Source: Escherichia phage ECD7
Reading direction: 5' to 3' (one strand)
Sequence record: NC_041936.1
DNA length: 64,000 nt
Shown here: positions 11,175 through 21,289 of the stretch, piece after piece
Position numbering within the stretch: the first letter of the stretch is position 1
Layout of the letters: every line of letters starts with the position of its first letter
The notes under the pieces: generated by a model
Told to the model about the DNA's origin: nothing
What the model saw: only the letters and a program-made list of their open reading frames with translations
The model's database searches: none
Translations under genes and position numbers: made by a program

Positions 11175-12162
11175 TGAAAATAGTGTGATCTATCGCTCAA
11201 TCATTACTAGTAAATTCAGAACGGAAAAACTTCTGAATTTCTATAATTCTGTAGGCGATGAGGCAAATCAAATTACAATTTATGGAACGTTTGGACGTTC
11301 GGAGCCGTGGTCAGAAAACGAAAAAGAGGTGGGCTTTGCCCCACCTTATCCGACCGATTCAACGGCTGGTGTTGTTGACATGTGGACCCATATGATGGGG
11401 GCGGTTAAGATTAACAAATCACTTCTTGATGCGGTTATCCCTCGTAAAGATTGGGGTGATACCGGACAGGATAACCCGCGCACATTCTTTATCAATGACA
11501 TTGTTGTTGTCAACTCAGCACCATATAACAGAACTGATGTTGGTAGCGGCTGGATGGTGTATCGCGTAACCGATGTTCCTGATCGCGGTTACTGCTCGAT
11601 TTCAAGCATTGACGCTAAAGTGGAGTGTTTGAAGTTGGGCGGAAAGTGGACCCCCACTCATGAATCAATTGCGCCACCTGTAGGAAAGGGCGATTCTATT
11701 GATATGGGTGATGGGTATCGTTGGGAATATCTGTACACAATTCCACCTGATGCGGCGATCAACCGTTGCACCAATGAACATATTGTTGTACCGTTCCCCG
11801 ATGAACTGCGACAAGATCCGGCGCGTTGGGGTTATGACAATGTGATCACCTGGTATAATGACTATAATCTGCTTTATCGGCTGAAAGTAGTAACTTTGCG
11901 TTTTCAGGCTTATATGGACTCTGCGCAATTCCCAACTACCGCGTTAGTGGGTAATACTGGTTTCCGTCAGTTAAGCATTATCCTTAACCCATTGGAAAAG
12001 AAAGCACGCCCTAGCGATCCAGACGTTAAAGCGGTCAAAGATAAGTACCGACCGCAAGACTTAGAGCCACACTCAGGCGAAATGATCTACATGGAAAACC
12101 GACAACCTATCGTTCGGTCATTAGATCAAACAGAACTTGTTTCTGTATTGTTTGAGTTCTAA
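11167..12162 (+). CDS. 8: baseplate wedge protein gp8
   Basis: 331 aa, synteny. Confidence 0.85.
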   Translation: MANENSVIYRSIITSKFRTEKLLNFYNSVGDEANQITIYGTFGRSEPWSENEKEVGFAPPYPTDSTAGVVDMWTHMMGAVKINKSLLDAVIPRKDWGDTGQDNPRTFFINDIVVVNSAPYNRTDVGSGWMVYRVTDVPDRGYCSISSIDAKVECLKLGGKWTPTHESIAPPVGKGDSIDMGDGYRWEYLYTIPPDAAINRCTNEHIVVPFPDELRQDPARWGYDNVITWYNDYNLLYRLKVVTLRFQAYMDSAQFPTTALVGNTGFRQLSIILNPLEKKARPSDPDVKAVKDKYRPQDLEPHSGEMIYMENRQPIVRSLDQTELVSVLFEF

Positions 12163-12173
12163 GTGTATGATTT

Positions 12174-12202
12174 AAAAGCCAATTCGAGAGAGTTGGCTTT
12201 TT
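12174..12202 (+). terminator. rho-independent terminator after gene 8
   Basis: Stem aaaagccaa/ttggctttt with 10-nt loop followed by T-run. Confidence 0.6.
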
Positions 12203-12214
12203 CTATTTTGGGTG

Positions 12215-12242
12215 TTGACAATCTTGTCTGATAAGGTATAAT
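12215..12242 (+). promoter_or_regulatory. sigma70-type promoter (TTGACA, 16-nt spacer, TATAAT) for the three-gene insert
   Basis: -35 TTGACA 12215..12220, -10 TATAAT 12237..12242, GAGGA SD 12261..12265, ATG 12272. Confidence 0.65.
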
Positions 12243-12271
12243 GATCACATCTAAACAACGGAGGATAAATT

Positions 12272-12529
12272 ATGGCACGTCGTAAATTTACAGATAATTG
12301 TGAAGCAATTCAGGTATCCCCTTGCGGTTGGGATGTGATCGCGAACGGTGAAAAGATCGGAGAGATCATCGATCATACTCATTCATCACTAGCCGATTAC
12401 ACCGATGAACTATTGGAGGGTATCAACTTCATGAATGACACTAAACGATTCAAGACTATCGACGAAGCTATCTATTTTGTGTATAATCCAACTTTCGGTA
12501 TGTGGGGTAATAGAAAATGGCACGCGTAA
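12272..12529 (+). CDS. hypothetical protein (85 aa), first gene of insert
   Basis: ORF with SD; overlaps next gene by 13 nt. Confidence 0.55.
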   Translation: MARRKFTDNCEAIQVSPCGWDVIANGEKIGEIIDHTHSSLADYTDELLEGINFMNDTKRFKTIDEAIYFVYNPTFGMWGNRKWHA

Positions 12530-12849
12530 ATATTAAATTGCATTACACAATGAATAAAGCTAAGTTCCCAATGCAAAAGCATTACTATGGTCTACGTGCA
12601 CAAGATCCTAAACTCTATGGTACTCATTGGTTTTGTAAACATGATAACCAATGGCACACATACGAAGAAATGCACGAGATGATGAAACAGGGTATTGAAT
12701 TTAGTTATTCTAATTATGACCATCGTATAACTTGCATTCGAAAATTGAAACGATGGATTCGTAAGAATCCGCAATTTAAAAACTTTGTGTTCTTTATGTC
12801 TCATGTTTATTTGGGACATAGCGTTACCGTCACAGCAAAGGTTAAATAA
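12517..12849 (+). CDS. hypothetical His/Trp-rich protein (110 aa), second gene of insert
   Basis: ORF; stop overlaps next start (TAATG). Confidence 0.55.
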   Translation: MARVNIKLHYTMNKAKFPMQKHYYGLRAQDPKLYGTHWFCKHDNQWHTYEEMHEMMKQGIEFSYSNYDHRITCIRKLKRWIRKNPQFKNFVFFMSHVYLGHSVTVTAKVK

Positions 12850-13688
12850 TGGCACGACTTTCTAAACAAGAACAAAAATTACACGATCGGGTGATGGAGT
12901 TGATTAATTCAGATCGCCCATTGACATATGAAGAAAAAGAATTTTGCTATAATAACTATCATGGCGATGGTCTAGGCGGTTCAGGTGCATTCTTTACCCC
13001 AGAAGGGCTTGCATGGGATTTTACCATCGATGCACATTGCACAGGAAAAGTATTAGATCTTTGTGCTGGGATCGGTCGCTTATCTTTTTGTATGTTACAT
13101 CGTTGTAAGCCAGAAAAGATCGTATGCGTCGAACTCAATCCAGAATTTGCGCGGATTGGCAAGAGACTATTACCGGAGGCAGAATGGATCACCAGCGATG
13201 TATTCGAATTTGAGTCAAACGAAAAATTCGATGTGGTGATCAGCAATCCACCTTTCGGGAAAATCAATACAACCAACACAAAGGATGTATTTGAGTACAC
13301 TGGCGGCGAATTTGAATTTAAGGTTATGACATTAGGCCAGAAGTTTGCCGATGTTGGCTATTTTATTGTTCCTGTGGGTTCCGCTGGTTTTGCTTATTCC
13401 GGCAGACCTTATTATGACGGGACCATGAAGTCTAATAAATATCTAAAATGGAGCAAACAAACTGGTTTGGTGACTTATGCCGGATGTGGTATCGATACAT
13501 CAATCTATCGCGATGAATGGCACAGTACCAACGTTTTAACAGAAGTGGTTGAGGTTCGGTATTACGAGAAAGAAGCCGTAGAAGCGCCTAAATCACGCCC
13601 TAACGAACAAATAGAAGAAAGTAAGGAGATTACCTTACCGAAACAGGAAAGCGAGTCTGGGACGCTCTCAGATTTGTTTGACATTTAA
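12849..13688 (+). CDS. SAM-dependent N6-adenine DNA methyltransferase, gamma-class motif order
   Basis: Motif X-like GAFFTPEG, motif I DLCAGIG, motif IV NPPF in that order; 279 aa. Confidence 0.7.
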   Translation: MARLSKQEQKLHDRVMELINSDRPLTYEEKEFCYNNYHGDGLGGSGAFFTPEGLAWDFTIDAHCTGKVLDLCAGIGRLSFCMLHRCKPEKIVCVELNPEFARIGKRLLPEAEWITSDVFEFESNEKFDVVISNPPFGKINTTNTKDVFEYTGGEFEFKVMTLGQKFADVGYFIVPVGSAGFAYSGRPYYDGTMKSNKYLKWSKQTGLVTYAGCGIDTSIYRDEWHSTNVLTEVVEVRYYEKEAVEAPKSRPNEQIEESKEITLPKQESESGTLSDLFDI

Positions 13689-13693
13689 TTATA

Positions 13694-13718
13694 AGCCGTC
13701 CTCGTGGGCGGCTTTTTT
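13694..13718 (+). terminator. rho-independent terminator after methyltransferase gene
   Basis: Stem agccgtcc/gggcggct (one G.U) with tcgt loop and T6 run. Confidence 0.6.
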
Positions 13719-13728
13719 GTATGTATTT

Positions 13729-13736
13729 TATAAATA
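13729..13736 (+). promoter_or_regulatory. T4-type late promoter TATAAATA upstream of gene 9
   Basis: Exact TATAAATA 28 nt upstream of ATG 13764. Confidence 0.55.
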
Positions 13737-13763
13737 ATACATCATAACATGAGGAATTAAACA

Positions 13764-14618
13764 ATGGCACAAGTTCCAAAGAAAAGAATAGACACAGGTA
13801 CTGTCGGCAATCCATCGACTGGCGATATCTTATATGATGGCGGTAATAAAATTAACGATAACTTTGATTCAATATATGACGCATTTGCTGATCAGCGGTT
13901 TAAAGACGTAGACCACGGCGTGGGAAGAATGGTTATTCATGCAACCGGATACTATCAGAAGCATCCACGTCAAAGCTACGCTGGTTCCGCTGTTGAGATT
14001 GGGAGTCTACACGATATCGATACAACTCAAGGCGCACTTATTGCTATTCTACCTAAAGCGAAGGTTGGTGAGGGTGTTGTATTCATAAATAGTAACGGTA
14101 GCCTTTCAACGACGACACCGCTCAATATTCGAACTCAAGCAGGTGATTCTATTAGCGGGTATTCCGGTGATGCTACAATAACACAACCATTTTCAAAAGT
14201 CACTGTTTGGTGTACTGCCGTTGAAGGTAGTCGCGTAACATGGCGATTGGGTATCGAAAGTATGTTTACCGATACAACAACGCCATTAGATAAAACAGTT
14301 AACGTAACTGGAGTAGCAACAAACGTTGCTATTGCCGCAAAAACAGAATACGTTTCCATCAAATTATTAACTACCGCTAGCAATACATCCGGTTCAAAAA
14401 TGCGTTCAAGTGAAACGCTACTAATGATTGATTCTAAAGCCGGAAAAGTTTATGCGACGGAATATGCAGTTTTGCAGAAGACAGAAGATGAACTATACAC
14501 GGTTCGTTATTTCATCGGTTCCGGCGATAAAGTATATGCAGAGTATAAGGCTACTGGCGAAAATATTCGTTTAGCAGTTAAAGCCGTAGACACTATTAAA
14601 ATCGGGGTTGCTACATGA
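13764..14618 (+). CDS. 9: baseplate wedge / long tail fiber socket protein gp9
   Basis: 284 aa; N-terminus similar to gp10 N-terminus; synteny. Confidence 0.85.
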   Translation: MAQVPKKRIDTGTVGNPSTGDILYDGGNKINDNFDSIYDAFADQRFKDVDHGVGRMVIHATGYYQKHPRQSYAGSAVEIGSLHDIDTTQGALIAILPKAKVGEGVVFINSNGSLSTTTPLNIRTQAGDSISGYSGDATITQPFSKVTVWCTAVEGSRVTWRLGIESMFTDTTTPLDKTVNVTGVATNVAIAAKTEYVSIKLLTTASNTSGSKMRSSETLLMIDSKAGKVYATEYAVLQKTEDELYTVRYFIGSGDKVYAEYKATGENIRLAVKAVDTIKIGVAT

Positions 14619-16417
14619 AACAATTAATTAATATCGGTAACGTTGTTGATGACGGTACAGGTGATTATCTAAGAAAAGGTGGTCAAAAGATTAATGACAA
14701 CTTTTCTGAACTTTACACTAAGCTGGGGGATGGTGATATCCCTCATGCATCCGGCGCGTGGAAAACTCACACACAACCAGTATTAAAACCAAATTTTGGT
14801 GATGCATGGGCGATTAATACAACGAACAACGCTGTTTCTGTTGAATTGCCTAAAGGAAGCGCGAGTGATTATAATAAAACAATTAAACTTCGTGATGTTT
14901 GGCGCTCATGGGCTGCACATAACGTAACGTTGAAGCCAGCACAAGGTGATACCATTAAGGGATCTCCAATCGACCGTGAGTTGTATAAAGATTTCATGGA
15001 TGTTGAATTGGTTTATTGTGCGCCTGGACGTTGGGAATATGTCGAAAATAAACGAGTAGATACTATCACCACTTCCGATTTAAGCACAGTCGCTAAGGAA
15101 GTTTATATTGCAACCGAAGGACAAACAGACTTCCCCAATGTGTTTGGTTCCAATACTTACAACATTCGAAATGTTGAAGTGTATTATCGCGGTAACTTGC
15201 TTTATTATGGCAAGGATTTAACCGATGATTCTAACTATGGTTCAATCGGTGAAAATGGTGATATTGTTCCGCTGGACGGTAAAAGCATTAAATTACGCTT
15301 CCCTTGTTCGGCGGGTGATACCATTCAAATCATCACTTATATGGACGGTATCGCATCCTTCCGGTCAAGCTATATTACTCATACAATCCGCGTTTATGAA
15401 ACAGGAATGACCACTTTGGAATCCATCCCAGGTGAAGTTTGGGTTGGTGAACTAGCTAATAAGAAAGAATTTACTAATGCTGAATTAGGCGTAAGTAAGC
15501 GAGATCTTATTAATCCAAATTCATTTGAATTGCTGATCAACGGCACACAAATGATTAAAGCGGGCGATGCGGATTTACCTTTCTTTATTTGTGAAGGTGC
15601 TGACGGTGAAACAGAAGAAACCTGCGTACTTGCTGGCGGTCAATGGGTGGAATCTGGCGAAGATTATTCATTGATGTTCGACGAAAACAGCGTGGTGACT
15701 GGTATTAAATTATCTAAAGCACTAGATAACCGAGACACTATCACAATTCGCTGGTTTAATAATGATATCGGAACATTAATGGAATGGGACGGTGTAGGTG
15801 GTATTAAAGAAAAAGCAGATAAAATCTATCTTAATAACGAAGATGAAGTTACTCTGACAAATCGAATTGAATATACCGATTTCCAGAATCCAAGCCAAGC
15901 GACTAAACGCCCAATGGAAGATTATACAGGTCGTGTGATGGATATCTATTCCATATTCGATATTTTCTATCCTATAGGCACAATTTATGAAAATGCGCAT
16001 AACCCAGCTAACCCAGCGACCTATATGGGATTTGGTACATGGGTACGTTATGCAGAAAAAGAATTTTTAGTTGGTTGGTCCTCTGACGCAAGCGATCAAA
16101 ACTTCGCACTAAACAACAACGATCTTGATACACATGGTCAACCTACACACACCGCAGGTGGTAACGGTGGTGATGTTGCATACCAGATCAAGAAAAATAT
16201 GATTCCTGAATTACAGAGCGACGATCGAGTTCTTGTAAAAGATGATAACGGAAATATTATTATCGGTGGTTGTCAGGTAGACCCTGATGCAGTAGGTCCA
16301 GCGTTTACCAAATATCGCGAAGATAATGTTAAAGTTAATCAGGGAAATACCGATCCATCAATGATTGGTATTCTTCCTCCATACAGAACTGTCTATCGTT
16401 GGCTAAGGGTAGGTTAA
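14615..16417 (+). CDS. 10: baseplate wedge protein gp10
   Basis: 600 aa, synteny. Confidence 0.85.
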   Translation: MKQLINIGNVVDDGTGDYLRKGGQKINDNFSELYTKLGDGDIPHASGAWKTHTQPVLKPNFGDAWAINTTNNAVSVELPKGSASDYNKTIKLRDVWRSWAAHNVTLKPAQGDTIKGSPIDRELYKDFMDVELVYCAPGRWEYVENKRVDTITTSDLSTVAKEVYIATEGQTDFPNVFGSNTYNIRNVEVYYRGNLLYYGKDLTDDSNYGSIGENGDIVPLDGKSIKLRFPCSAGDTIQIITYMDGIASFRSSYITHTIRVYETGMTTLESIPGEVWVGELANKKEFTNAELGVSKRDLINPNSFELLINGTQMIKAGDADLPFFICEGADGETEETCVLAGGQWVESGEDYSLMFDENSVVTGIKLSKALDNRDTITIRWFNNDIGTLMEWDGVGGIKEKADKIYLNNEDEVTLTNRIEYTDFQNPSQATKRPMEDYTGRVMDIYSIFDIFYPIGTIYENAHNPANPATYMGFGTWVRYAEKEFLVGWSSDASDQNFALNNNDLDTHGQPTHTAGGNGGDVAYQIKKNMIPELQSDDRVLVKDDNGNIIIGGCQVDPDAVGPAFTKYREDNVKVNQGNTDPSMIGILPPYRTVYRWLRVG

Positions 16418-16418
16418 T

Positions 16419-17063
16419 ATGATTTCGAAAACACGTTCAAAAGCTAGTGTATTTTCCAGCGATGCGGCGTTTATTTCATACGATCCAGGATCGAAAGATC
16501 CTGTTATCGGTGGTTCTCGTCCAATTGGTGGCGTTAATGTCGATCAATCAAGAAAAGGTTCCTATGTAAACAACGTTCAATCTGCAATTGATGACCTTTA
16601 TTCGTTGTCAATGATCCGAATTGGTGACGTTTTAGTAACAACAAATTCAACTGCACCACAATCGGCAGGGCAAATTGAAACATTAACATTTGCAGGAAGC
16701 GTTAATAATCAACATAACCCAGAAGCAAAGAAAGTATTAATTGATGTTTTGGGTTATCCATTTATTGTTGATGTTGGGTCTTCCGGCGTTTCTCTATGTG
16801 AGAAAGTAACGGAAAAATTTACCGAACTAATGAATAAAAACATTATGTTCAAAGAAGTAAAAAGAAAAGGAAGTAGCAACGACCAATTAGAAATTCATTA
16901 TATCGATTCTCTTGAACATCAACCAACCGATATTAACAAGTACGGAATTACAATCACAGGAAATGTTGATTCTCCTGCTCGTGTTGGTTATGGTTCATGG
17001 TCTCGCATGGGTACAGAAGAGAAATTTGGAACTACCCTATATTATTTCAAACGTATTGCATAA
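16419..17063 (+). CDS. 11: baseplate wedge protein gp11 (short tail fiber connector)
   Basis: 214 aa, synteny. Confidence 0.85.
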   Translation: MISKTRSKASVFSSDAAFISYDPGSKDPVIGGSRPIGGVNVDQSRKGSYVNNVQSAIDDLYSLSMIRIGDVLVTTNSTAPQSAGQIETLTFAGSVNNQHNPEAKKVLIDVLGYPFIVDVGSSGVSLCEKVTEKFTELMNKNIMFKEVKRKGSSNDQLEIHYIDSLEHQPTDINKYGITITGNVDSPARVGYGSWSRMGTEEKFGTTLYYFKRIA

Positions 17064-17074
17064 GGTGATGTATA

Positions 17075-18475
17075 ATGGCAAACAATACTATTAACCACGT
17101 AAAAGACGATGCTCAATACGTCAAGTTTAACCCTGTAAATGATTGGCCTCAAAACATTACCAACGTACAAGCGGCTTTAGCCGCTATTAACGGCTTTGCT
17201 GTAAATGGATTGCCGGACGCTACGGAAGATACAGCCGGGATCGCTGCAATCGCAACTCAGGAAGAAGTAAACGACGGTACTGTAGATAATAAGATCGTGA
17301 CTCCAAAAACACTGGCTGTTAAAATGTCACGTCCAGATGCTACAAAAGAAGTAAAGGGTATCACCCGATTTGCCACGATGGAAGAATCGCTGCAAGAGAG
17401 CAACGAGAACATGGCAATCGGTCCAGACACACTAAACCATTACTTCACCACTAAAAAGGCGTCAGAGAGCGTTCAGGGGACTATTAAGATATGTTCTCTT
17501 GAGGCAGCAAAGATTGGCAGTGATGACACAATGGCAGTAACACCGAAAAAGATGCACACTGCCATTGCACAGATTGTGCCGGGATTAATTCCAGATCAAA
17601 ACACAGCAACCGAAAGCGCACAGGGTTTAGTTCAGTTAGCAACTAATGCGCAGGTTTTACAAGGCCAGATTCGAGAAGGTTTTGCAATTAGCCCTTATGC
17701 ATTTGCAAATGCTCGCGCCAATGAGAATCAGGCGGGTACTGTTAAGATCGCCAGCCAGTCACAGATGAATGCTGGTTCAGATGATACTGTAGTTGTTTCT
17801 GCTAAGAAGTTTGCAAGCACTAAGGCAACAACGTCTCAATACGGCATTGTTAAACTACGAGACACCGTAGGAAGTGAGGCTAACGCTGCACTATCAGCAA
17901 ATGCTAAGGTTCTTCCTAGCACTGGCGGTACGGTAAGCGGAAACGTCTATAAAGGTTCAAACTCAGACGGCAACCAGTTTGTTACTAAAAATGAATTAGC
18001 GAATCACGCAATGCCAATTGGTGGTATTATCCTTTCTGGATTCAATGCCGATCGAGGTGACTTTCTGATCTGTAATGGTCGTTCACTGAATAAAAATCAA
18101 TATCCGCAATTATTTTCTGCGATTGGTTATACCTTTGGTGGTTCAGGTGACAATTTTAATATTCCTGATATGCGCGGTTTAGTTGCTCGTGGTTGCGATC
18201 ATGGAAGAAACCTTGATCCAGGTCGTCGATTTGGTTCTTATCAAGAAGATGCAATGCAGAGAATTACTGGTAAATTCCCTGTAGCTGACCGCTGGCGCGG
18301 TTGGTATGGTGGCGCATTTACTGCACAGCGCGGTCAATGGAGCACGAACTATAAAAACGGTGGTGGTGATGATTGGGGTTCTACTGTTAACTTTGATTCA
18401 GGAAGATCCGTAAGAACGGCTAACGAGACTCGCGTCAAGAGTCTGGCATTAAACTATATCATAAGGGTGCGCTAA
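17075..18475 (+). CDS. 12: short tail fiber protein gp12
   Basis: 466 aa, repetitive Gly/Ala/Thr-rich fibre with C-terminal globular region; synteny. Confidence 0.8.
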   Translation: MANNTINHVKDDAQYVKFNPVNDWPQNITNVQAALAAINGFAVNGLPDATEDTAGIAAIATQEEVNDGTVDNKIVTPKTLAVKMSRPDATKEVKGITRFATMEESLQESNENMAIGPDTLNHYFTTKKASESVQGTIKICSLEAAKIGSDDTMAVTPKKMHTAIAQIVPGLIPDQNTATESAQGLVQLATNAQVLQGQIREGFAISPYAFANARANENQAGTVKIASQSQMNAGSDDTVVVSAKKFASTKATTSQYGIVKLRDTVGSEANAALSANAKVLPSTGGTVSGNVYKGSNSDGNQFVTKNELANHAMPIGGIILSGFNADRGDFLICNGRSLNKNQYPQLFSAIGYTFGGSGDNFNIPDMRGLVARGCDHGRNLDPGRRFGSYQEDAMQRITGKFPVADRWRGWYGGAFTAQRGQWSTNYKNGGGDDWGSTVNFDSGRSVRTANETRVKSLALNYIIRVR

Positions 18476-20244
18476 TGATTGAACAATTAAACATCCACGA
18501 GATCCCACATGTTGACGGTGTACCAAGCGAAGGACAGCACCGTATTAACTGGATCAAGAATGGCGAATGTTTAAGCGCAGCAACGACACAGACGGGCAAT
18601 GACGGGACGCTTAACCGCGCCCCGGTTGCAATTCAAGAAAACGTTGCACGCGTAAACGAAAACGCAAAATCAACCGTCGCTAAAGTTAACGAGGTTGTAA
18701 CGGCGGTTAACGATATTAAAACAACTTTAGGGGTAATTTCTGACGGAAGTATCATTGATGTGGTTAACCAGACTGTCGCAAAAGTTGAATCCGTCGAAGA
18801 GAACTTAGGAGAAACAGCAAGAACTCTGCAAACAACGGTAGACGCTGTATCAGAACTTAACATCAAGATTGGTGATCGCCCCGCTGCCGATCCGAGCACA
18901 AGAACAATCTATGATGACATTTCTTTCATCAAACAAGAAATGGGTTCTTATCCTAACTTTAATATCAATGGTTCCCCTGATGCTGGCAGTTCCGGTTCTG
19001 GCATCAAATACCGAGTTATTCAGAATACCGCAGCATTAAATGACCACGGTCGCCGAATCATTCAGCTTGAAAACGACTGGCAAGATTCTGACGTAGGCGA
19101 GTTAACAAGACAAGTTAACAAAATGCGCAGTGAGATCGGCGACACGTCTCTTGCAACACAAGAAAATGTGTATGTTCGTCTCCGCACCAACGCAAGAAAC
19201 ATTGCTAACTTATCAAACGAAGTTCTAGAAGTCAAGAAAGCAATTTTGTTTGATTCAATCCCTGATATCGGGACTAAAGTCACTACGCTGGGAACTAATT
19301 ATGAACGTCTAAACAATGATGTTAATGGTGTAGATTCCGGTATTCGTCCTCGTCTTCTGGCTGTCGAGAATAAGATCGGAACGCCTCAATCGGCTGGAAG
19401 CATTGACTATCGATTAACCAACACAGAGCGAGAATTTTTAGATCTTAAACAGGTTGTTGGTGTAAGCGGTGCTGACGGTTTGCGCGGTGAAGTTGTTCGA
19501 CTTTCCAATGAGATTGGCACTGACAGCGATCGACATACTCTAGCCGGACGTATTAAAGTTGTAGAAAACACTCAGGGTCGGTTAGAAGCAAGCGTACAGG
19601 ACATGGAACAGATTGTAGGTGATCGCGAATCAGGTTTGACCGCTGGCGTTATTAAACTATCAAGTGATATCTATGGCGATGATGGTTCAGAAGATCCATT
19701 TACTCAGAAAGGCGTGATTAAAATCGTCAAAGAGCTACAAACATCTAACGGAAACAAAGTAGATGATGTACCTGATGACGGTTTCCATTATCTGCGTAAG
19801 CGCGGAGAATGGGTGCAAGTTGCATATGCTGCTGGAGCATTTAAAAATACCGCAGATATTACGGTTGAACTTGACGAACAGGATGTTTATAAACCGATTC
19901 CGCTAAACGATATGACCGAAGAAGTTCCTGCGCGTGGAATGGTTAAGAGCGAATCTCTTGTTACGGTTAACGACAAAGGATTATTCCGTTGTGATTTCCG
20001 TTGTTCTGTAAATGCGGCACATAACGCTACTTTCGTAGTCGGTATTGCTAAAAATGGTCTGATTGTACATGAGGTACGAAATGGTCATTATGGAGCTGAT
20101 GATTTAATTAGCTATTCTACCAGTGCTTTCCTAAATATTGAAAAGGGCGACCGGATCGATATTCGCATTAAGGGCGTATCCGAAGAAGCATTAGCGCAAC
20201 AGCTACAAATTAAAGAGTTCCTCTTTGGGATTTCTCCGGTATAA
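18475..20244 (+). CDS. wac: fibritin (neck whiskers) with foldon-like segment and extra C-terminal C1q-like domain
   Basis: N-terminus IPHVDGVPSEGQHRINWIKNGE, long coiled coil, foldon-like DDGFHYLRKRGEWVQV at aa ~431-450, then ~139 extra residues. Confidence 0.85.
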   Translation: MIEQLNIHEIPHVDGVPSEGQHRINWIKNGECLSAATTQTGNDGTLNRAPVAIQENVARVNENAKSTVAKVNEVVTAVNDIKTTLGVISDGSIIDVVNQTVAKVESVEENLGETARTLQTTVDAVSELNIKIGDRPAADPSTRTIYDDISFIKQEMGSYPNFNINGSPDAGSSGSGIKYRVIQNTAALNDHGRRIIQLENDWQDSDVGELTRQVNKMRSEIGDTSLATQENVYVRLRTNARNIANLSNEVLEVKKAILFDSIPDIGTKVTTLGTNYERLNNDVNGVDSGIRPRLLAVENKIGTPQSAGSIDYRLTNTEREFLDLKQVVGVSGADGLRGEVVRLSNEIGTDSDRHTLAGRIKVVENTQGRLEASVQDMEQIVGDRESGLTAGVIKLSSDIYGDDGSEDPFTQKGVIKIVKELQTSNGNKVDDVPDDGFHYLRKRGEWVQVAYAAGAFKNTADITVELDEQDVYKPIPLNDMTEEVPARGMVKSESLVTVNDKGLFRCDFRCSVNAAHNATFVVGIAKNGLIVHEVRNGHYGADDLISYSTSAFLNIEKGDRIDIRIKGVSEEALAQQLQIKEFLFGISPV

Positions 20245-20253
20245 GAAATTAAA

Positions 20254-20273
20254 GGGGCGTTAAGCCCCTTTTT
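20254..20273 (+). terminator. rho-independent terminator after wac
   Basis: ggggc-gttaa-gcccc hairpin followed by TTTTT. Confidence 0.6.
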
Positions 20274-20290
20274 CGTTTATAGGTGATATT

Positions 20291-21223
20291 ATGTCAGGAT
20301 ATGTAACAAATAACCCAAGAGAATTAAAAGACGCTATTCTGCGTCGTTTAGGCGCACCAGTAATTAACGTAGAAGTAACAGAAGACCAGATTTACGATTG
20401 TATTCAGAGAGCATTAGAACTCTATGGGGAATATCATTTCGATGGTGTGAATAAAGGATATAAAGTATTTCGTGTTAGTGCAGAGCAAGCTCAACACGGG
20501 GTATTTGATTTGAGCGATTCTGGAGTATTCGCAGTAACTAAAATAATTCGAACAAACGTAGGTAGCGCGGCTACGATGGATGGCACTGCCGTTTATCCGT
20601 GGTTTACTGACTTTCTGTTGGGTTTAGCTGGTGTAAATGGCGGTTTAGGATCTGGCTGTAGTAAATTTTATGGTCCAAATGCAATGGGCGGTGATCTAGG
20701 ATATTTCGAACAGCTTATGAGCTATCGAGCCACTATGCAAAATATGCTCAATCCGCTTCCAGACTATTGGTATAATAGCGCAAACGGACAACTTAAGATA
20801 ACAGGAAACTTCCGAGAAGGTGATCTCATTGTTGTTGAATTATATGTTAAAAGCTATGTAGACGTTCCTGATATGATCGGCGCGGTTGCTGGTTATGCTC
20901 ATGCTGGAGGATGTTCTACCGCTGGCGGGATTAGCGCCGTTTATGATAATCCAACTGCTGGTTTAAGCGGGATTGTTGCTGGCATGGGACCGATCAGTGA
21001 GAACAAGCAGGGCGCATATAATAACCGTTGGGTTAAAGACATGGCAACCGCTTTCACTAAGGAGGTGTGGGGGTCCATCATGGCTAAACATCAAGGTCTG
21101 CAATTACCCGGCGGTGTCACTGTTGATGGTATCCGAATCATTGAAGAAGCACGCGCCGACATTGAGAAATTGCGACAAGAACTAGAATTATTAGATCCTC
21201 CGTTCGGCATCCTCATGATTTGA
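20291..21223 (+). CDS. 13: neck protein gp13
   Basis: 310 aa, synteny. Confidence 0.85.
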   Translation: MSGYVTNNPRELKDAILRRLGAPVINVEVTEDQIYDCIQRALELYGEYHFDGVNKGYKVFRVSAEQAQHGVFDLSDSGVFAVTKIIRTNVGSAATMDGTAVYPWFTDFLLGLAGVNGGLGSGCSKFYGPNAMGGDLGYFEQLMSYRATMQNMLNPLPDYWYNSANGQLKITGNFREGDLIVVELYVKSYVDVPDMIGAVAGYAHAGGCSTAGGISAVYDNPTAGLSGIVAGMGPISENKQGAYNNRWVKDMATAFTKEVWGSIMAKHQGLQLPGGVTVDGIRIIEEARADIEKLRQELELLDPPFGILMI

Positions 21224-21232
21224 TTAAATGTG

Positions 21233-21262
21233 TTGACTAATATGTTCTCGTTAGTGTATGAT
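21233..21262 (+). promoter_or_regulatory. sigma70-like promoter (TTGACT, 18-nt spacer, TATGAT) upstream of homing endonuclease gene
   Basis: -35 21233..21238, -10 21257..21262; overlaps a 9-bp inverted repeat 21242..21250 / 21267..21275. Confidence 0.45.
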
Positions 21263-21289
21263 CTGACGAGAACATAAAAGGAGAATCAT

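Noticed and set aside
12959-13300. 113-aa minus-strand ORF inside the methyltransferase gene
   Set aside because: Antisense to an ORF with clear methyltransferase motifs; no expression signals.
12272-13766. Shared ATGGCAC (Met-Ala-Arg/Gln) start context of the three insert genes and gene 9
   Set aside because: Too short to tell a meaningful translational signal from coincidence; noted only.
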